From the NCBI GenBank assembly GCA_963422395.1, contig OY729431.1, positions 44,449 to 108,448 on the forward strand: a DNA stretch of 64,000 nt. The letters run 5' to 3'. How positions within the stretch are numbered: the stretch's first letter is position 1; each line of letters begins with the position of its first letter. Source of the DNA: Vicinamibacteria bacterium (GTDB lineage: Bacteria; Acidobacteriota; Vicinamibacteria; Marinacidobacterales; Marinacidobacteraceae). Under the pieces are notes generated by a model. It did not search any database, had not been told where the DNA came from, and saw only the letters and a program-made list of their open reading frames with translations. This document shows positions 60,272 to 64,000 of the stretch, one piece after another. Both the position numbers and the translations under genes were made by a program.

Positions 60272-60486
60272 GAAACGAGCCGGGCAACAGGTCGGGCGGG
60301 GGGAAGGGGCCGCGCGTGGAGAAGAGGAGGAACGCCGGTCCGCAGACCGGTGCGCGGCTGCCTGAGGGGAGCCCCTGGAGGGTCCGCCACGGGCGTCGGA
60401 AGGCTATCACCGCACCCTGGGGTTGCCAAGAGTTACCCGGGAGTCCGGAAGAGCCTGGGGCGCAGTGCCGGTCGATTTCGGGCTGG

Positions 60487-60966
60487 CTATTCGCCGCCGC
60501 GGAGCGTCTGGTTTTGGGCAGGATTCGAGGGTTCGCCGACTGGCTCCACCCCGGATTCCACGACACCGGCAGGATTCGGCGCGGGAGGATTCGAGGCCTC
60601 TGGGCGGGAGCGCTGGTAGTCGGGGTGGATGTGGAACCGGGCGCCATCCGTATTGCTTTCGATTTCGAGTCGCAGGCTGGCTGCCTGAACGGTCACGCCG
60701 ACGATGACGCCGCCGGAGCGGATTTCGACCTCGTGGGCGTCTATCTTTCCCGAGACTCGTCCTCCATCTTCAACGACCACCCTCTCGGCGAAGATGCTTC
60801 CGTCGAAGGATCCGTCGGTCCCCACCGAGACCACCCCCTGCGAGTGGATCTCACCGGAGAAGTCGCCGTTCACGCTGAACGGGCCGGGGGCAGTGAGCCG
60901 ACCGGTGAGTCGCGATCCGGCGCCCACGAAACCGCTGTATGCCTCCTGCGAGACTTCTCTGGCCAT
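60487..60966 (-). CDS. bactofilin (CcmA/BacP-like cytoskeletal protein)
   Basis: Bactofilin beta-helical repeats GRLTAPGPFSVNGDFSGEIHSQGVVSVGTDGSFDGSIFAERVVVEDGGRVSGKIDAHEVEIRSGGVIVG, with a Pro-rich tail. Confidence 0.65.
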   Translation of the reverse strand: MAREVSQEAYSGFVGAGSRLTGRLTAPGPFSVNGDFSGEIHSQGVVSVGTDGSFDGSIFAERVVVEDGGRVSGKIDAHEVEIRSGGVIVGVTVQAASLRLEIESNTDGARFHIHPDYQRSRPEASNPPAPNPAGVVESGVEPVGEPSNPAQNQTLRGGE

Positions 60967-60968
60967 GA

Positions 60969-61814
60969 CTATTTCTCTCCTCTGGCGGTGAAGAGGACGA
61001 AAACGCGCTGCAGGTCGTCTTCGGAAAAGAACCGGATGTGCACCGAACCGCCCTTGCCGCGACGATGGATCTTCACCGGCAGCCCCACTCCCTGCTGCAT
61101 CCGCTCCTCCGCGTCGCGGCTGTTGGGGTCGAGAGTCTTTGGGGAGCTTCCACGAGCGGCCCCGCCGTCCTGAAGCGCGCGCACTCGCCGTTCCACTTCG
61201 CGCACCGACAGGTCCTGCCGCATGATCTCCCTTGCGAGACGGCGTTGATCGTCACGGGCGAGCCCGAGCAGCGCCCGGCCGGCAGCAGCCCGGAGGCGGC
61301 CGCTCTCGACGAACCCGCGCACTTCGGGATCCAGATCGAGCAGGCGAAGGGCGTTCGTGACCGCGGTACGGCTTCGCCCGACCTCGGCGGCGATTTCTTC
61401 GTGGGTCAGACCGGTCTCGTCGGCGAGGCGGCGGAAGGCGAGCGATTCCTCGATGGGATTCAGGTTCTCTCGTTGCAAGTTCTCGATGAGCGCCAGAAGT
61501 CCGAGATCGTCATCCGCCACCTCACGGACCACCACCGGCACCCGCTCAAGGCCTGCCTGCCTGGCAGCACGCCAGCGACGCTCACCGGCGATGATCTGGA
61601 AGCGCTCGGCGCGCTCCCGGATGACGATCGGCTCGATCAGCCCATGAGTTTCGATGGAGGCCGCCAATCCGGCGAGATTCTCGGGGGATATCTCCGATCG
61701 CGGCTGTTGCGGGTTGGGCTCCAATTGGTCCACCGGCAACTCTCGATACCCCGCAGCCGGCGCCGCTGCGGGCAGCAGGGCATCGAGGCCGCGCCCGAGT
61801 CTTCGGCGTTTCAT
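60969..61814 (-). CDS. parB: chromosome partitioning protein ParB
   Basis: ParB box GLIEPIVIR...IIAGERRWRAA and an HTH (LTHEEIAAEVGRSRTAVTNALRLL). Confidence 0.85.
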   Translation of the reverse strand: MKRRRLGRGLDALLPAAAPAAGYRELPVDQLEPNPQQPRSEISPENLAGLAASIETHGLIEPIVIRERAERFQIIAGERRWRAARQAGLERVPVVVREVADDDLGLLALIENLQRENLNPIEESLAFRRLADETGLTHEEIAAEVGRSRTAVTNALRLLDLDPEVRGFVESGRLRAAAGRALLGLARDDQRRLAREIMRQDLSVREVERRVRALQDGGAARGSSPKTLDPNSRDAEERMQQGVGLPVKIHRRGKGGSVHIRFFSEDDLQRVFVLFTARGEK

Positions 61815-62590
61815 CGGGAGAGCACTTCCCTCGCGAGTTTCGAATACGCAGCGACCGCTTTCGACCCTGGATCGTAGAGCTGGACAGGGAGTCCAAAGGA
61901 AGGAGCTTCAGCGAGACGAACGGATCGCGGCACTTCCGCCTCGAGCACTTGCCTGCCGAGTCCACGCCGGACTTCGGCGATGACTTGCCGGGACAGATTC
62001 ATCCGGCGGTCCACCATGGTGAAGAACACTCCGAACAACTGGAGGTCGGGATTCCAGGATTCCCCGATGCGCGCCACGGTATCCAGCAGCCGGGAAAGGC
62101 CCTGCATGGCGAAGAATTCGCACTGCATCGGCACCAGCACGGAATCGGCCGCCACCAGCGCGTTCACCGTCAACAGGCCGAGCGAGGGGGGGCAATCCAG
62201 CAGAACGAATTCCGTCGTCGCGGAGTCGGAGCGGGAGAAGGCGGCCAAGCTCTCCCGCAGACGGGAAGCCCGGCGCTTCGGGTCGCGAAACTCCGCGGCG
62301 AGTTCGAGATCGACACCGGCGAGGGAAGGATCCGAAGGACAGGCGCTCAAGTTCTCCACTCCCGTGGGAAGCACTGTCCGGGCGAGAGGCTCTCCGTCCA
62401 CGATCGCGTCATAGGTGCTGTAGCCGTCTTCGGCGATCCGGAGATCGAGGCTGGCGGTAAGGCTTCCCTGGGGATCGAGGTCCACCACCAGAGATCGTCG
62501 GCCCGCCTCGGCGAGCGCCGCGCCGAGGTTGACCGTGGTGGTGGTTTTCCCCACCCCACCTTTCTGATTGGCGACCGCCAGAACGCGCAT
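61811..62590 (-). CDS. parA: chromosome partitioning ATPase ParA (Soj)
   Basis: The ATG at 62590 gives MRVLAVANQKGGVGKTTTTVNLGAALA (deviant Walker A). The gene overlaps parB by 4 nt. Confidence 0.85.
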   Translation of the reverse strand: MRVLAVANQKGGVGKTTTTVNLGAALAEAGRRSLVVDLDPQGSLTASLDLRIAEDGYSTYDAIVDGEPLARTVLPTGVENLSACPSDPSLAGVDLELAAEFRDPKRRASRLRESLAAFSRSDSATTEFVLLDCPPSLGLLTVNALVAADSVLVPMQCEFFAMQGLSRLLDTVARIGESWNPDLQLFGVFFTMVDRRMNLSRQVIAEVRRGLGRQVLEAEVPRSVRLAEAPSFGLPVQLYDPGSKAVAAYSKLAREVLSR

Positions 62591-62606
62591 GACGACGGGT
62601 CGAAGG

Positions 62607-62850
62607 CTAGCAGCCTGTGGACGAAGTCGCACGGCCGTCGACCAGCGATGCATCACGGCGGAAACACTCCGCTCGGCGTTGTTGCGATTCGGTCGGAATA
62701 CTCCCGGTATGCCTCCCGAATCGCGCCTTGTCCGCCGCGCGCCTCGCCACTCTTTGGGCTCGCGCTACTTCATCCACAGACTGCTAGAAGCCACATGGAC
62801 GAAGTCACCCGGCCGTCGACCGGCGATGTTTCCCGTGAAACATCTTCCAT
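62607..62850 (-). mobile_element. MITE-B family element, copy 2 (reverse orientation, 62607-62786) plus an abutting partial half-copy (62787-62850)
   Basis: CTAGCAGCCTGTGGACGAAGTCGCACGGCCGTCGACCAGCGATGCATC...CTTCATCCACAGACTGCTAG. It lies 17 nt upstream of the parA start. A truncated repeat of the same end follows. Confidence 0.7.
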
Positions 62851-62863
62851 CGGCTTCTCCGTT

Positions 62864-63526
62864 TCACTGGGTTCGTCGGGGACAGCCGATCCATACGATG
62901 CCCCGCTCCACCGGGACCGATCGCTCTTCGTAGAGACCGGACGGGAGGTCGGCTCGCTCCCGGGCGGCCTGGCTGGTCGGCCAGATCACCCGCGCTTCGG
63001 GCCGAAGCGCCTGCGCCAGTCCCTTCCATTCCTGCTTGCGCAGACGCACTGCGCGCAGCGTGACCGCCGTCGCTTTCCGCATTCGATTCCACTCTTCCGG
63101 TTGGCTCAGGAAGTTCTTGAGGCGGCACCGGACGACACGCACCCGGTCGGTGATCCCCAGGTTTTCGATCGCGAGTTCGAGAAAGCCGACCGCCGTCCGT
63201 CGGGGTTCGAGCAGCGTCCACTCGCTGGCTCCGGAGACGACCGCCAGCGGCAACGCTGGCGTTCCTCCGCCGCTGCCCACATCCAGGTACGGGCCTCGCG
63301 GCGGGAGGAAGGCCCGGAGCGCCAAGGCCTCTTCGAAGTAACCGCGAACCAGAGCTTCGGAAGAAGCGAAGCCGGTAATTCCCGCTTCCCGCCATTCGAG
63401 CAGCAGCGCGAGGAGCCGGGCCAGGGAAGCTTGCGCCGCCTCTTCGACCGGCGGCACCGCACCGGCGAGTGCCGATTCCAGCGCGCTCAGCGCGCCCCCG
63501 CTCGAGGCAGGGTTCGGAGAGTCCAC
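62864..63526 (-). CDS. rsmG: 16S rRNA (guanine527-N7)-methyltransferase RsmG (GidB)
   Basis: YLDVGSGGGTPALPLA is the SAM motif, with the overall GidB sequence. GTG start. Confidence 0.8.
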   Translation of the reverse strand: MDSPNPASSGGALSALESALAGAVPPVEEAAQASLARLLALLLEWREAGITGFASSEALVRGYFEEALALRAFLPPRGPYLDVGSGGGTPALPLAVVSGASEWTLLEPRRTAVGFLELAIENLGITDRVRVVRCRLKNFLSQPEEWNRMRKATAVTLRAVRLRKQEWKGLAQALRPEARVIWPTSQAARERADLPSGLYEERSVPVERGIVWIGCPRRTQ

Positions 63527-63530
63527 GGAC

Positions 63531-63731
63531 TGCTAACAGCCTGTGGATGAAGTGGCGCGAGCCCAAAGAGTGGTGAGGCGCGCGGCGGACAAGGCGCGAT
63601 TCGGGAGGCATACCGGGAGTATTCCGACCGAATCGCAACAATGCCGAGCGAAGCGGTTCAGGCGGGGCCCCCACCGGGAGAACTGGGCATCGCCGACCTT
63701 TGGCCGGGTGACTTTGTCCACAGGCTGCTAA
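63531..63731 (+). mobile_element. MITE-B family element, copy 3 (~199 bp; left end variant CTAACAGCCTGTGGA), preceded by a solo TIR-like fragment TCCACGGACTGCTA
   Basis: It lies between the yidC stop and the rsmG start. The terminal CTA supplies the yidC stop codon, and the upstream TIR-like fragment overlaps the rsmG start region. Confidence 0.7.
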
Positions 63732-64000
63732 GCCCTGGTGGTCGGCGCTGCCCGCTTTCTCGATCGTTTCCCTTTCGCCGCCGGCATGAGCGCCTTCGCG
63801 GCCTCTTCCCGCCGGTTCATGATCCGAATCGTCACCGCCTGCTGCCCCATCGAGATCAGATTGTTGGCGAACCAGTAGAGCACGAGTCCCGAGGGTGCCC
63901 ACGCGAGGATCAGGGTGAAGACCACCGGCAGGAACATCATGATCTTCGCCTGGACGCCTTCCGCCTGGGTGGTGGTCATCTTCTGCATGACCAACTGGCT
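63728..64000 (-). CDS. yidC: membrane protein insertase YidC, C-terminal part (gene continues beyond the window end)
   Basis: ...FLPVVFTLILAWAPSGLVLYWFANNLISMGQQ is the conserved YidC C-terminal TM5/6 region, followed by a basic tail. The ORF is open at 64000. Confidence 0.6.
   Translation of the reverse strand, partial: SQLVMQKMTTTQAEGVQAKIMMFLPVVFTLILAWAPSGLVLYWFANNLISMGQQAVTIRIMNRREEAAKALMPAAKGKRSRKRAAPTTRA

Noticed and set aside
56988-63731. Interpreting the MITE-B cluster as oriC itself
   Set aside because: One copy lies inside the atp operon, and the copies have transposon-like TIRs with TA duplications. There is no AT-rich DNA-unwinding element and no dnaA gene in the window.

Overview
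This is a high-GC (~68-70%) chromosomal window, probably from a Gemmatimonadetes-like bacterium, with genes packed on both strands. It ends in the origin-proximal cluster yidC-rsmG-parA-parB-bactofilin followed by an F1Fo ATP synthase operon (b'-b-delta-alpha-gamma-beta-epsilon) that lacks atpB/atpE. Other housekeeping content is amtB-glnK-glnA, the tmRNA ssrA, a lytic transglycosylase/aminotransferase operon and fabH.

The accessory content most worth a second look:
1. An AAA15/21 ABC-ATPase plus a small TOPRIM-like partner (PARIS/OLD/Septu-like antiphage candidate), translationally coupled to a HemN-like radical SAM gene.
2. An orphan flavin-dependent halogenase next to an adenylating enzyme.
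3. A HipA-like kinase followed by a gene that looks like a detached HipA N-terminal domain.
4. A metal locus: a TonB-dependent receptor with His/Glu-rich inserts, a small secreted protein and a multicopper oxidase.
5. A lipid island built around a ~1480-aa four-domain enzyme (fatty-acyl reductase, fatty-acyl-AMP ligase, ACP, PlsC acyltransferase; ElbD-like ether-lipid candidate) with a LarA-like protein, a HAD phosphatase, an SDR, a lipid kinase and a CDP-alcohol phosphatidyltransferase.
6. Two related families of TA-targeting MITE-like inverted-repeat elements, called MITE-A (~57-116 bp) and MITE-B (~180-200 bp) here. They sit in intergenic gaps, several placed so their terminal CTAG supplies a gene's stop codon, and their termini contain DnaA-box-like 9-mers.

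No CRISPR array, rRNA, tRNA (other than the tmRNA), integrase or transposase gene was recognised.

Coordinates near 56.9-57.2 kb and 63.5-63.7 kb may be off by 1-2 nt because the printed sequence and the ORF track disagreed slightly when reconciled by hand.
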